A stretch of 64,000 nt of DNA from Bacillota bacterium (GTDB lineage Bacteria > Bacillota > UBA994 > UBA5500): positions 712,567-776,566 of the forward strand of contig JBMNFB010000001.1 in the NCBI GenBank assembly GCA_050949085.1, written 5' to 3'. The stretch's first letter is position 1. Each line of letters opens with the position of its first letter. Positions 10,510 through 19,790 of the stretch are shown piece after piece. A model generated the notes under the pieces. That model ran no database searches, was not told the origin of the DNA, and was given only the letters and a program-made list of their open reading frames with translations. Both the position numbers and the translations under genes were made by a program.

Positions 10510-11532
10510 GTGCCGGATTTCGCCTGGAGTGTAAGCCTACTGCTCATTCTTGCCTTTCTGGCCGCCTTTGCGGCCCCAGCGCTGGCTCCATCTGCGCTTT
10601 GCTCAAATCTCGAGATGACACACGAGTTGCTGCGCACAATCTGGGAGGCAGAGCTAGAAAGTTACCGCGCCGAAGTCTTTGAGATCATTGCCCGACGCAT
10701 GAAGAGCTATCGCGATGAGAACCGTGGCTATGGCGACATCGGTATCTATATCGAAGAGCTGCGGAGCGGCTTCACGCTGGGTCATGACGCAGAGCGGACC
10801 GAGCTGGACGAGCAGGGTGAGTATACTGGGTATTATCATACTGCCTCGGTAGCGAAACTGCTGATCGCCTATGCCTTCTACTACCTGGATGATCAGGGTG
10901 AGGTGAGCATCTGGGACACGTATACTGACCCGGTAGTGGGCATGAGCTATCAGTTTCAGCCTACTATTCACCGGATGCTCACCCATTCGGTCAACCTTAA
11001 CCACAATATATTGCTGCGCTACCTGGGTGCCGATAGGCTGAAGGAAACACTGCGCCGCCTGGATCTTGATGATTCGCGTATCCCGCGCGAAATTGGGTGG
11101 GCGCCAGGCACCAGTGATGCCGCCAGTCTGGAGCGCTACGGCACCTTGCAGTCGCCCTGTACAACGCCGCGCGATCTAGGCAAGATTCTGGCGCATCTCT
11201 ATCGCGGCGATGTGCTTTCGCCTGAAAACAATCACCGACTGCTGACGGCCCTGACCAATACCATCTACAACAGCCGCATTCCCCGCGCCATCGGCTACGC
11301 CGTGCCGGTGGCGCACAAGACAGGCACCAAGGACTGGGTCTACAACGACGCCGCGCTGGTGCTCCTGCCTGAGAATCCCTTTGTGTTGGTGGTCCTTACC
11401 CGTGGTGCCCCCAGCCGCGTGCAGACGCTGATGCGCCAGATCGCACTGGATATCTTCCGGTACCATCAGGAACGGGCGCGCAGCGGTGATCTGCGCGAAG
11501 CAGAGCTGCTTTATGCCCTGCTGAATGCATAA
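10510..11532 (+). CDS. Class-A beta-lactamase-like serine hydrolase (secreted)
   Basis: S-x-x-K (SVAK) and KTG motifs; N-terminal signal peptide; GTG start after AGGAGGAGG. Confidence 0.7.
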   Translation: MPDFAWSVSLLLILAFLAAFAAPALAPSALCSNLEMTHELLRTIWEAELESYRAEVFEIIARRMKSYRDENRGYGDIGIYIEELRSGFTLGHDAERTELDEQGEYTGYYHTASVAKLLIAYAFYYLDDQGEVSIWDTYTDPVVGMSYQFQPTIHRMLTHSVNLNHNILLRYLGADRLKETLRRLDLDDSRIPREIGWAPGTSDAASLERYGTLQSPCTTPRDLGKILAHLYRGDVLSPENNHRLLTALTNTIYNSRIPRAIGYAVPVAHKTGTKDWVYNDAALVLLPENPFVLVVLTRGAPSRVQTLMRQIALDIFRYHQERARSGDLREAELLYALLNA

Positions 11533-11632
11533 GTATGCAGGTGTGTTTGCATGCTTGCATAAAACCCTCCTGGAGCAAGTCAGGGATGGATATCTGACCC
11601 AGTGCAGCCTGAGCAGTATGCCGCGCCCTGGC

Positions 11633-11995
11633 TCAATCGCACAGCAGCTCCACCTGCCGCACCAGTTCCCAGATATCGAACGGTTTGCGCAGTATCGCGG
11701 CATACTGCTGGCGCGGCGGCAGCGCGTCGTCGTCCAGCATGTCGCCTGTCATCAACACCACGGGGATCTGGCACAACCCAGGCGATTGCTGCATCTTGGC
11801 CAACACACCGCGCCCGTCCAATCCCGGCATGTTCAGGTCCAGCAGTACCACATCCGGGATCTCACCCCCCAGCAAGAGATCAATGCCAGCCTGGCCGTCA
11901 GCCACGCTGCTCACCTGGTGCCCTGCTTCACTCAGCGCCATCTCCAGCACCATCACGATGCCCGGCTCGTTCTCCATAATCAAGACGTTTGCCAT
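11633..11995 (-). CDS. Single-domain response regulator (CheY-like receiver)
   Basis: 120 aa, DLNMPGLDG receiver motif, no output domain. Confidence 0.85.
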   Translation of the reverse strand: MANVLIMENEPGIVMVLEMALSEAGHQVSSVADGQAGIDLLLGGEIPDVVLLDLNMPGLDGRGVLAKMQQSPGLCQIPVVLMTGDMLDDDALPPRQQYAAILRKPFDIWELVRQVELLCD

Positions 11996-12285
11996 CTATA
12001 CTCCTCCTCGCAAGAATCGATTGCTCGCTTCCTATAGTATCACAACAATCTGTCAAATCCTGTCGGTCTGCAGTATCTAGTATCGGCTTTCTTGATTACC
12101 TACAACTTACAGTGTTTTCAGTAGCAGGTATCGGCTTTGCGACCAACTCAAAGGGCGCGTTTCTTTTCTACCCCAGTGGCCTCTCGACACTCATCGACAC
12201 TGTTTTTATTTCTGCCATGCTACAATTGCCTCGTTTGAACTACCTGGCTAGTGACGAGTGGGAAGGAGCATTAGGAGGGAGCAGG

Positions 12286-13833
12286 GTGAGCAGTGAGGCC
12301 GATCAAACCACCTGCGCCAAAGACAGGCGAATCGCCGAGCTGGAGTGGCAGTTGCAGGAGGCTGAAAAAGAGAATCGAGCATTACGCCGAGAGCGCACGT
12401 ACAACCGGGGCCTGATCGAGGCGTCGCTGGACGGGCTGATAACGGTAGACAGTGACCTGATCATTACCGATGTCAACGAGCAGATGTGTCACATGGTCGC
12501 CCGCACCCGCGACCAGTTGATCGGTACTCCGTTTGCCAGCTATTTTGCGGAACCAGAACGTGCGGCCGCGGGGATGCTTTATGCTCTGGAGCAGGGAGCC
12601 ATCAACTACTTTGAACTTGACCTGCCGGATGAGGCTGGCCGGAATCGGCTAGTCTCTCTCAATGCCGCCGTTTTTCGCGACGAAACCGACGCGGTACGTG
12701 GTGTGATTGCCAGCGCGCGGGACATCACGTGGCGCAAGGAGTTCATAGACGCTCTGGAGGCCCGGCGACAACGGCTGGACGGGATCCTTGAACTCCTACC
12801 CACCTATCTGGTTCTCATCACCGAGGACTATCGGCTGAACTATGTCAACCGCACTTTCCGCCAGCTCATCGGTGATGCTCAGGGGCACTGCTGCTGCCAA
12901 TATCTCTATGGGCGGGACAAGCCCTGCGTAGTGTGCGGTGCCACTGAAGTGATGAAGTCGGGTTGCCCTTACGAGTGGGAATGGACGAGCCCGCAGGGTC
13001 AGACCTATCACGTTTTTAACTATCCTTTTGTCGATATCGATGGTTCGCACCTGATTCTCGAAATGGGTATCGACATCACCGAGCGGAAGGCGGCGGAGGA
13101 GGAAATCCAAACCCTGAATCGGGAACTGGAGGCCCGCGTAGCTCAGCGAACGGCCCAGTTGGCACGGGCCAACCAGGAGCTGCACCACAGCGAGGCCAGT
13201 TTGCGCGAAACGCTGCGCGAAAAGGAAATCCTGCTAAACGAAATCCATCACCGCGTAAAAAACAACCTGCAGATTGTCTACAGCATGTTAAATCTGCAGG
13301 CGCTGCATACAGACGATGCACCGGCGCGGGAGGTGCTCAACGAGAGCAAAAACCGCGTCTTTACCATGGCAATGATTCATGAGCAGCTGTTTCAGTCCGA
13401 GTCGCTGGCTGAGATCAACTTGCGCGAGTACATCGAGCGTCTGGTTGCCAACCTCTTCACTTCCTATGGTACTAGCGAGTTTGCGATTCGCTCAGTGCTC
13501 CATGTGGAGGAAGCAGCACTGGACATCAACCACATCATCCCCTGCGCGCTAATCATCAACGAGCTGATCTCCAATGCGCTGAAGCACGCTTTCCCACGAG
13601 GCAGGCTCGCTGATGGCGAAAAGGAGATCTCCCTGGAACTACGACGGGATCCGATTGACACCTACCAGCATGTCCTACGGGTCAGCGACAACGGCATCGG
13701 TCTTCCCCCCGGATTTGACGTTTCGGCCAGCAGGTCCCTGGGGATGCACCTTGTAGACATTCTGGTTCGTCAACTGCGCGGTTCACTCCATGCTGAAACA
13801 GGCTCAGGAACAGTGTTCACAGTGCGCTTCTAG
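12286..13833 (+). CDS. Sensor histidine kinase with two PAS domains and a HisKA_2/HWE-type kinase core; second PAS carries a Cys-rich insert
   Basis: H-box HHRVKNNLQ and HATPase_c SNALKHAF. GTG start after AGGAGGGA (the track ORF begins earlier at 11989). Confidence 0.85.
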   Translation: MSSEADQTTCAKDRRIAELEWQLQEAEKENRALRRERTYNRGLIEASLDGLITVDSDLIITDVNEQMCHMVARTRDQLIGTPFASYFAEPERAAAGMLYALEQGAINYFELDLPDEAGRNRLVSLNAAVFRDETDAVRGVIASARDITWRKEFIDALEARRQRLDGILELLPTYLVLITEDYRLNYVNRTFRQLIGDAQGHCCCQYLYGRDKPCVVCGATEVMKSGCPYEWEWTSPQGQTYHVFNYPFVDIDGSHLILEMGIDITERKAAEEEIQTLNRELEARVAQRTAQLARANQELHHSEASLRETLREKEILLNEIHHRVKNNLQIVYSMLNLQALHTDDAPAREVLNESKNRVFTMAMIHEQLFQSESLAEINLREYIERLVANLFTSYGTSEFAIRSVLHVEEAALDINHIIPCALIINELISNALKHAFPRGRLADGEKEISLELRRDPIDTYQHVLRVSDNGIGLPPGFDVSASRSLGMHLVDILVRQLRGSLHAETGSGTVFTVRF

Positions 13834-13876
13834 CCTAGGGTATCCAAAGGCGATCCATAGTTTGGGGGGGAAAACG

Positions 13877-15496
13877 TTGAGGCAAACGCGTATCCTGATC
13901 GTCGAAGATGAGGCTATCGAGGCGTTGGACCTGGAGCATCGCCTGGATCGCCTCGGTTATCATGTCGAGGGCGTGGCCTTTTCGGGGGAAGAGGCAATCG
14001 GGGCCTTTGAAAAAAGCCAACCTGACCTGGTGCTCATGGACATTATGTTGCGCGGAGAGCTTGATGGCATTGCCACGGTAGAGATCATCCAGAAGCGCTG
14101 GAGAGTCCCCGTGATCTTCATCACCGCCTATGCAGACAGGGCTACCGTCGATCGAGCCAAATTGACCGGTCCCTACGCCTATCTGGTCAAGCCCTTCCGC
14201 GAAAGAGAATTGGAGGTTGCCATCGAGATGGCCCTCTACAAGCATGCCATGGAGCAGAAACTACAGAAAAGCGAGGAGTGGCTGGCCACCACGCTGCGCA
14301 GCATTGGCGATGCTGTGATGGCCACCGATAATCAGGGCCTGATTACCTTCATGAACCCGGTGGCCGAAGAGCTGACAGGGTGGCAGATCAGCGAAGTAAG
14401 GGGCCGTCATCTGGTGGACGTGGTGAAGATCATCAACCAGGTCAGCCGACTCCCGGTGGAAAATCCGGTTGCGCTGGTCTTGCGCGAAAACAGGGTGGTT
14501 GGCCTTGCCAATCACAGTCTGCTGGTCACCCGCGACGGCCGAGAAATACCCATCGACGATAGCGCCGCACCTATCAGGGATAACCAGGGCAGGATAATCG
14601 GCGTCATCCTCGTCTTTCGTGATGTCAGCGAGCGCGTGGAAGCTCAGGCGCAGCTGCAGCGCGCCCACGATGAGTTAGAGAAGCGGGTTCATGAGCGCAC
14701 CGCCGATCTCATGGCGGCGAACGAGCGGCTGCGGCAAGAGATTGTGCAGCGCAAGCGAGCGGAGTCGACGTTGCAGCAGAAGACGAAGGAGTTGGCGGAG
14801 GCCAATCAGGCCAAGGACCGCTTCCTGGCCAGTATGAGCCACGAACTGCGCACGCCGCTGAACGCGATTCTCGGCTTCACTGGGATCCTGCAGATGGGGC
14901 TCTCTGGGCCACTGACGACGGAGCAGGAGCACCATCTGAACTATATCTATATCAGTGCCAGGCAACTGCTGCTGCTAATCGATCAGCTATTGGATCTGGC
15001 CAAGATCCAGTCGGGCAGGGTCGATAAGTTTCCGGCGGAGATCTCCTGTTGTGAACTCCTAACGGAGGTCGGCGGCATGCTGCGGCCATTGGCTACCAGC
15101 AACGATCTGCAGCTGGTGGTAGTTTCACCGGAGCCCGATATCAGGCTGATTAGCGACCGTCGCCTGCTCATGCAGATCCTGCAGAACCTCATCTACAACG
15201 CCATCAAGTTTACTGAACAGGGTGAAGTACGCATCAGTGCCGAGCTGGATAATATTCGTGCCGTCCCCCAAGTAGCCATCAGCGTAGCGGATACCGGTAT
15301 CGGCATTCGAGAGGAAGATCAGCCCGCCCTATTCGAGGCCTTTGCGCGAGTGAGTACGAAAGCGGGACCGGAGGGCACCGGGCTGGGACTACATCTCTGC
15401 AAAAATCTTGCCGATGTGCTAGGGGGAACGATCACAATTGACAGCCAGTATGGCAAGGGCAGTGTCTTTACACTCCTTCTGCCGCTCAATGGCTAG
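13877..15496 (+). CDS. Hybrid sensor kinase: N-terminal receiver, PAS, HisKA, HATPase_c
   Basis: REC (ILIVEDE...DLVLMD), PAS, H-box SMSHELRTPLN, G-box GTGLGL. TTG start after a G-rich ribosome-binding site. Confidence 0.85.
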   Translation: MRQTRILIVEDEAIEALDLEHRLDRLGYHVEGVAFSGEEAIGAFEKSQPDLVLMDIMLRGELDGIATVEIIQKRWRVPVIFITAYADRATVDRAKLTGPYAYLVKPFRERELEVAIEMALYKHAMEQKLQKSEEWLATTLRSIGDAVMATDNQGLITFMNPVAEELTGWQISEVRGRHLVDVVKIINQVSRLPVENPVALVLRENRVVGLANHSLLVTRDGREIPIDDSAAPIRDNQGRIIGVILVFRDVSERVEAQAQLQRAHDELEKRVHERTADLMAANERLRQEIVQRKRAESTLQQKTKELAEANQAKDRFLASMSHELRTPLNAILGFTGILQMGLSGPLTTEQEHHLNYIYISARQLLLLIDQLLDLAKIQSGRVDKFPAEISCCELLTEVGGMLRPLATSNDLQLVVVSPEPDIRLISDRRLLMQILQNLIYNAIKFTEQGEVRISAELDNIRAVPQVAISVADTGIGIREEDQPALFEAFARVSTKAGPEGTGLGLHLCKNLADVLGGTITIDSQYGKGSVFTLLLPLNG

Positions 15497-15510
15497 GGGG
15501 GCACTAAAGA

Positions 15511-15918
15511 TTGACTATGCGGGTTTTGGTAGTTGAAGACAACAAGATAAATCTGGAATTGATCACATACTTGCTCAAGAAGGCTGGCTTCGATGTCTTG
15601 CAGGCAAAAACGGGCGCAGAAGCCATGCGTCTGGCAAGAAAGAGGCAGCTCGATCTGATCGTCTCTGACGTACTCCTACCCGACATCTGCGGCTGCGATC
15701 TGGCTCGCCGCCTGAGAGGTGACCACCGATCTCGTCAGATTCCCCTGGTGGCAGTGACAGCATTGGCCATGGTCGGTGATCGAGAGCGCATAATGGAAGC
15801 AGGTTTCGACGCCTACATCAGCAAGCCGATCGATCCTCGCTGCTTCCTCGAGCAAATCAACAGCCTGGTAGAATCCTTAGAAAGGGGCAACCTCAATGGC
15901 TACTATTTTGGTCGTTGA
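15511..15918 (+). CDS. Single-domain response regulator (receiver)
   Basis: 135 aa, VLVVEDN...DLIVSD receiver; overlaps the next gene by 23 nt. Confidence 0.85.
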   Translation: MTMRVLVVEDNKINLELITYLLKKAGFDVLQAKTGAEAMRLARKRQLDLIVSDVLLPDICGCDLARRLRGDHRSRQIPLVAVTALAMVGDRERIMEAGFDAYISKPIDPRCFLEQINSLVESLERGNLNGYYFGR

Positions 15919-18064
15919 AGACCACGCCATGAGTCGAGAGATTCTCAGCACCCTGCTGGGATCGGTGGGCCATGTGGTGAAGGAGGCCACGGAGGCAATG
16001 GAGGCGCTGGCCTTGGCCAGGGAAACGCATCCTCAGCTAATTGTCTGTGATGTTCTCCTGCCGACCATCGACGGCATCGAGTTCGTGCGCCGCCTGCGTC
16101 GTGAAGAGCAGTTCGCTGATACGCCAGTGATCTTCTACACAGCCGCCTTTCGCCACCCTGAGGGACTTGACGTGGAGGAAACCTGCCAGCCATACCGCCT
16201 GCTAACGAAGCCGTCAGATCCTCGGCTCATCCTGAACACTGTGGACGACATGCTGTCCAATGGTCGGTGGAGCCATGCCCCGATCCAACTCACCGAGCAG
16301 GCTCGCCAGTTCCTCTCGCTGCCCCACAATAGCGGCCTGCAGTTGCCGGTGCTGCTCGATCTCAGCCTGAGCCTGATTTCGCAACGTGACCCGAGACGAT
16401 TGCTGCAGATTGTGGTTCGTGCCCTGCGGGCAATGCTCAACTGTCGACACGCGCAGCTCTGTATCCTCGATCCTGATGGGGCAGGATCGGGTTACTCCCA
16501 GGAGAGAATCAAGTACGCGGTTGCTGATGGAGATAACTGGGTGCCGCCCACCTGGATCCTGGATCAGGTGATGTCGGATGTCGCTCCATTCCGTGGGCAG
16601 GCTGATGCCGTCGACACTCCCGATCAACCCTGGCCCCCCTGTAGGTCACTGCTAGTCGTTCCCTTCGATACCGCATCCAGAGTCTATGGCTGGATCTGTC
16701 TGGCCGACAAGCGAGGATCGAAGGGGTTCTCGGAGATCGATCAGGAGATAGCGGAAACGGTGGGGAGAGAGGCCGCGCTCGGATACGAAAACATCCTGCT
16801 CGTAGAGGAGCTAAAGCGCAACGAGGAACATCTGGAGAAGCTGGTGGCTACCCGCACGGCCGAACTCGCCCGAGCCAATCAGGAGTTGCACAGGGCCCAG
16901 AAGCTCGAGTCGCTTGGAGTCCTGGCGGGCGGTATCGCCCATGATTTCAACAACAACCTGACCGTAATCCTCAACCTGATTCAGATTGCCAGGCTCAAGT
17001 CGGATCCGGTGAGCCCAGTCCATCGCTACCTGGGACAGGCAGAGAAGGCCTGCCATGAAGCCAAAGCACTGACTGAACAACTGCTGACGTTTGCCAGGGG
17101 CGGCAGCCCAATGCTTAAGCCTGTCCACTTGCCCGATCTACTCCCGGACGCAGTCAACTTCGCTCTGCGCGGCTCCAACTCGGTCAGTCAATTCATCCTG
17201 CCTCCCGACCTGTGGCCGGTGGAAGCCGATCAGGGACAGATAGGCCAGGTCATTCATAATCTCGTCACCAACGCCTGGCAGGCAATGCCTGATGGCGGCT
17301 TGATTCATGTTCTAGCCAACAACATCATCCTCGAGGAGGATAGCCCGCTCAACCTCAGCCCCGGTAGGTATGTCAAGATATCTGTGATCGATGAGGGGGT
17401 GGGCATCCCGGCAGAGAACCTGAACAAGGTTTTCGATCCCTATTTCACCACCCGGGACACAGGTAATGGTCTGGGCCTGGCCACCGCCTACTCCATCGTC
17501 CAGAAGCATGAGGGGCGCCTGACAGTGGAATCCCGTCTGGGCGGAGGTACAGCCTTCCACATCTACCTGCCGGCCACCAGCAAGCAGCCGTCTCCTTCAG
17601 AATCCGCCGCAGACGTGCCCCTGACCACCGGGCGGATCCTGCTGGTCGACGATCAGGAGGCTATAGCTGCCTCGCTGGCAGAACTGCTGCAGCACCACGG
17701 CTATGCCACCGATGTTGCCCTGGATGGCACTCAGGGCATCCGCCTCTATCAAAACGCCCTGGAGAGCGACCAGCCCTACGATGCGGTCATCACCGACCTG
17801 ACGATTCCTGGAGGAATGGGCGGCAAGGAGATGATCAGGCGCTTGATCAAGCTCTGCCCGACTGTAAAGGCCATCGTCGCCAGCGGGTACTCCAACGACC
17901 CGGTGCTGGCGCAACCCGAGGAATATGGGTTTTGCGGCGCCATCGCCAAGCCGTACCGCATCGAGGACGTTATGGCTGAGCTGTCTCGAGTTATCTCCAG
18001 CGAAAACGCAGGGCGGGCTCAGAACTGGTCATGTGAGCAATCGCAGGCAACTGCCGCAGAGTGA
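15896..18064 (+). CDS. Hybrid histidine kinase: REC, GAF, HisKA, HATPase_c, REC
   Basis: N-terminal and C-terminal receiver domains, H-box AHDFNNNLTVI, HATPase_c G-boxes; 722 aa. Confidence 0.85.
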   Translation: MATILVVEDHAMSREILSTLLGSVGHVVKEATEAMEALALARETHPQLIVCDVLLPTIDGIEFVRRLRREEQFADTPVIFYTAAFRHPEGLDVEETCQPYRLLTKPSDPRLILNTVDDMLSNGRWSHAPIQLTEQARQFLSLPHNSGLQLPVLLDLSLSLISQRDPRRLLQIVVRALRAMLNCRHAQLCILDPDGAGSGYSQERIKYAVADGDNWVPPTWILDQVMSDVAPFRGQADAVDTPDQPWPPCRSLLVVPFDTASRVYGWICLADKRGSKGFSEIDQEIAETVGREAALGYENILLVEELKRNEEHLEKLVATRTAELARANQELHRAQKLESLGVLAGGIAHDFNNNLTVILNLIQIARLKSDPVSPVHRYLGQAEKACHEAKALTEQLLTFARGGSPMLKPVHLPDLLPDAVNFALRGSNSVSQFILPPDLWPVEADQGQIGQVIHNLVTNAWQAMPDGGLIHVLANNIILEEDSPLNLSPGRYVKISVIDEGVGIPAENLNKVFDPYFTTRDTGNGLGLATAYSIVQKHEGRLTVESRLGGGTAFHIYLPATSKQPSPSESAADVPLTTGRILLVDDQEAIAASLAELLQHHGYATDVALDGTQGIRLYQNALESDQPYDAVITDLTIPGGMGGKEMIRRLIKLCPTVKAIVASGYSNDPVLAQPEEYGFCGAIAKPYRIEDVMAELSRVISSENAGRAQNWSCEQSQATAAE

Positions 18065-18096
18065 TGGCAGGCGAACCGGAGCGGGCGCAGGCCGCG

Positions 18097-18387
18097 CTAG
18101 CTGACCCACTCCTTCGCCAAATCCCTCCATTCCGGGTTCTCCCGGACGATCAAGGCAACCTTCTGCCGCCGCGGCCAGTTTCGGATCTCCTCCATCCGAG
18201 CTTCGGCAGCAGCCACGTCAGGAATGTACTCATAATAGACAAGTTTGTCGATGCGGTGCCGCGAACTGAAGCCAGGCACGATGTTATGCCTGTGTTGATA
18301 CAGCCTGCGCTCCAGGTCGTCGGTCACGCCGGTATAGAGTGTCGTGTTGGCACGGCTGGTAACAATATAGACGTATAAGGCCATCAT
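18097..18387 (-). CDS. GIY-YIG nuclease-family protein (UPF0213-like), about 97 aa
   Basis: YVYIV...LYTGVTDDLERR GIY-YIG core. Start refined to the ATG after GGAAGGGGG. Confidence 0.75.
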   Translation of the reverse strand: MMALYVYIVTSRANTTLYTGVTDDLERRLYQHRHNIVPGFSSRHRIDKLVYYEYIPDVAAAEARMEEIRNWPRRQKVALIVRENPEWRDLAKEWVS

Positions 18388-18540
18388 CCCCCTTCCACGC
18401 GTCCTTCGGGGCCTTGTAGCCAGGGCGGCACCATACAGGCGTTCCCTTCGCCACATTATTCTCGAAACTTTGGCATAATTCCTGCCGCAGCCAACAGATT
18501 TTTCGCGGCGTTCAGACAATAGCAGGCCAGGCTAGAAAAC

Positions 18541-18576
18541 GAGAGCCGGACGGTCCCTGCGGACCTTCCGGCTCTC
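18541..18576. terminator. Long GC hairpin between GIY-YIG and S9 peptidase genes
   Basis: GAGAGCCGGA...TCCGGCTCTC 10-bp stem with an inner GGTCC/GGACC pair. Confidence 0.4.
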
Positions 18577-18606
18577 TCTTGTTCATTATCGTCGCCGCGT
18601 TGCATC

Positions 18607-19584
18607 TTACTCTGTCAGGGGACGGGGCGGGGTGAGGAATCGGGCAAGGAACTCGTAGATCTCGCGCCGCGACTCCCGCGCTTCCGGGGTGTCAATGCGG
18701 TTGAAGACGTGGCCGCCCGGCGCGTCCTGATAGATGCGCCACTCGAACTCCTTGCCTGCCGCCTGCAATGACTTGATCAGGTGCTCAACCTCCAGTACGT
18801 TCACGTCTTCATCGTTGGTGGTGGTGTGAATCAGGAGCGGCGTCTGCAGCTTCTCGGCATGCCAGGCCGGCGAGCGCCGCCGATACTCCCACGGGTCTTG
18901 CGCTGCACTCTTGCCGATGTGATAATCCGCCGCAAACAGCTCCTCGTAGCGCGCGCCCTTGTAGCCCATGCGAGCCACCAGATCGCTCACCGGCACACCG
19001 GCGTAGGCAACCTTGTAGGCCTCTGGATGGTTGAAGATGTTGAACAGGGTGATCAACCCGCCGTGACTCCAGCCGAGAATTCCGACGCGCTCGGGATCAA
19101 CCAGCTTCATGTTCTCTACGGCCCAGTTGCGGGCGGCAAAAACGTCCTCTACCTCTAACCCACCGTAGTCGATCAGTTGCCAGAACTGCGGCCCATATCC
19201 TGTGCTGCCCCGATAGTCCGGCGCAATCACGATATAGCCCTGCTGCACCAGCTCCTTAACAATGTTGTGCGTGCCACTGCCGAAGTTGCTGTGTACTCCG
19301 CCGTGCGCATAGACCAGCAACGGGTAACGCTCATTTGGGTCCACATCCAGCGGCGTGAATGTGTAGGCCTTGATCTTCAGGGGATTGCCCTTGTCTTGCC
19401 AAGACTGCGCCTTCGTGTTGGCCGGCGGCGGCCCGATCAGGGTCACCTCGCCGATGGTGGCGTACCCCGCCATGCGCTGATACCAAAGCACGTTGTCAAC
19501 CGCTTTTGCCAGGCTGTCGATAGCAAAGCGGGTGCTTTGCTGCAACATCCTCATCTGTTCCTGCAACTCTTTGATCTCGCTCAA
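18607..19584 (-). CDS. S9-family alpha/beta-hydrolase peptidase (prolyl oligopeptidase / acylaminoacyl-peptidase-like)
   Basis: GWSHGG nucleophile elbow, catalytic D/H region; TTG start after AGGAGG. Confidence 0.8.
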   Translation of the reverse strand: MSEIKELQEQMRMLQQSTRFAIDSLAKAVDNVLWYQRMAGYATIGEVTLIGPPPANTKAQSWQDKGNPLKIKAYTFTPLDVDPNERYPLLVYAHGGVHSNFGSGTHNIVKELVQQGYIVIAPDYRGSTGYGPQFWQLIDYGGLEVEDVFAARNWAVENMKLVDPERVGILGWSHGGLITLFNIFNHPEAYKVAYAGVPVSDLVARMGYKGARYEELFAADYHIGKSAAQDPWEYRRRSPAWHAEKLQTPLLIHTTTNDEDVNVLEVEHLIKSLQAAGKEFEWRIYQDAPGGHVFNRIDTPEARESRREIYEFLARFLTPPRPLTE

Positions 19585-19727
19585 CTGAAGCCTCGCCTCC
19601 TTTGCTCGGTGAAACGCAATTCATACGCTTCTTACTGATTAGATACGAGGCAACCCAGAGCGTTTCCTGCCACAGCCGAAGAGTTTTGTTAGGGTGCAAG
19701 CTGCCCCCTCCCCCTTTGCTTCCCCTG

Positions 19728-19773
19728 GGCAAAAACGCAAAAACCCCAGGCAGGGAGCAATCGTCCCCTGCCC
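19728..19773 (-). terminator. Rho-independent terminator of the D-aminoacylase gene
   Basis: GGCAGGG...CCCTGCC hairpin followed on the minus strand by TGGGGTTTTTGCGTTTTT. Confidence 0.5.
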
Positions 19774-19790
19774 GAGGTTTCTTGGGATCG

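Noticed and set aside
18097-18387. GIY-YIG protein as part of a defence or homing system
   Set aside because: It is small, stand-alone and UPF0213-like. This family is widespread as a housekeeping-type gene, and no adjacent partner (methylase, intein, intron) is present.
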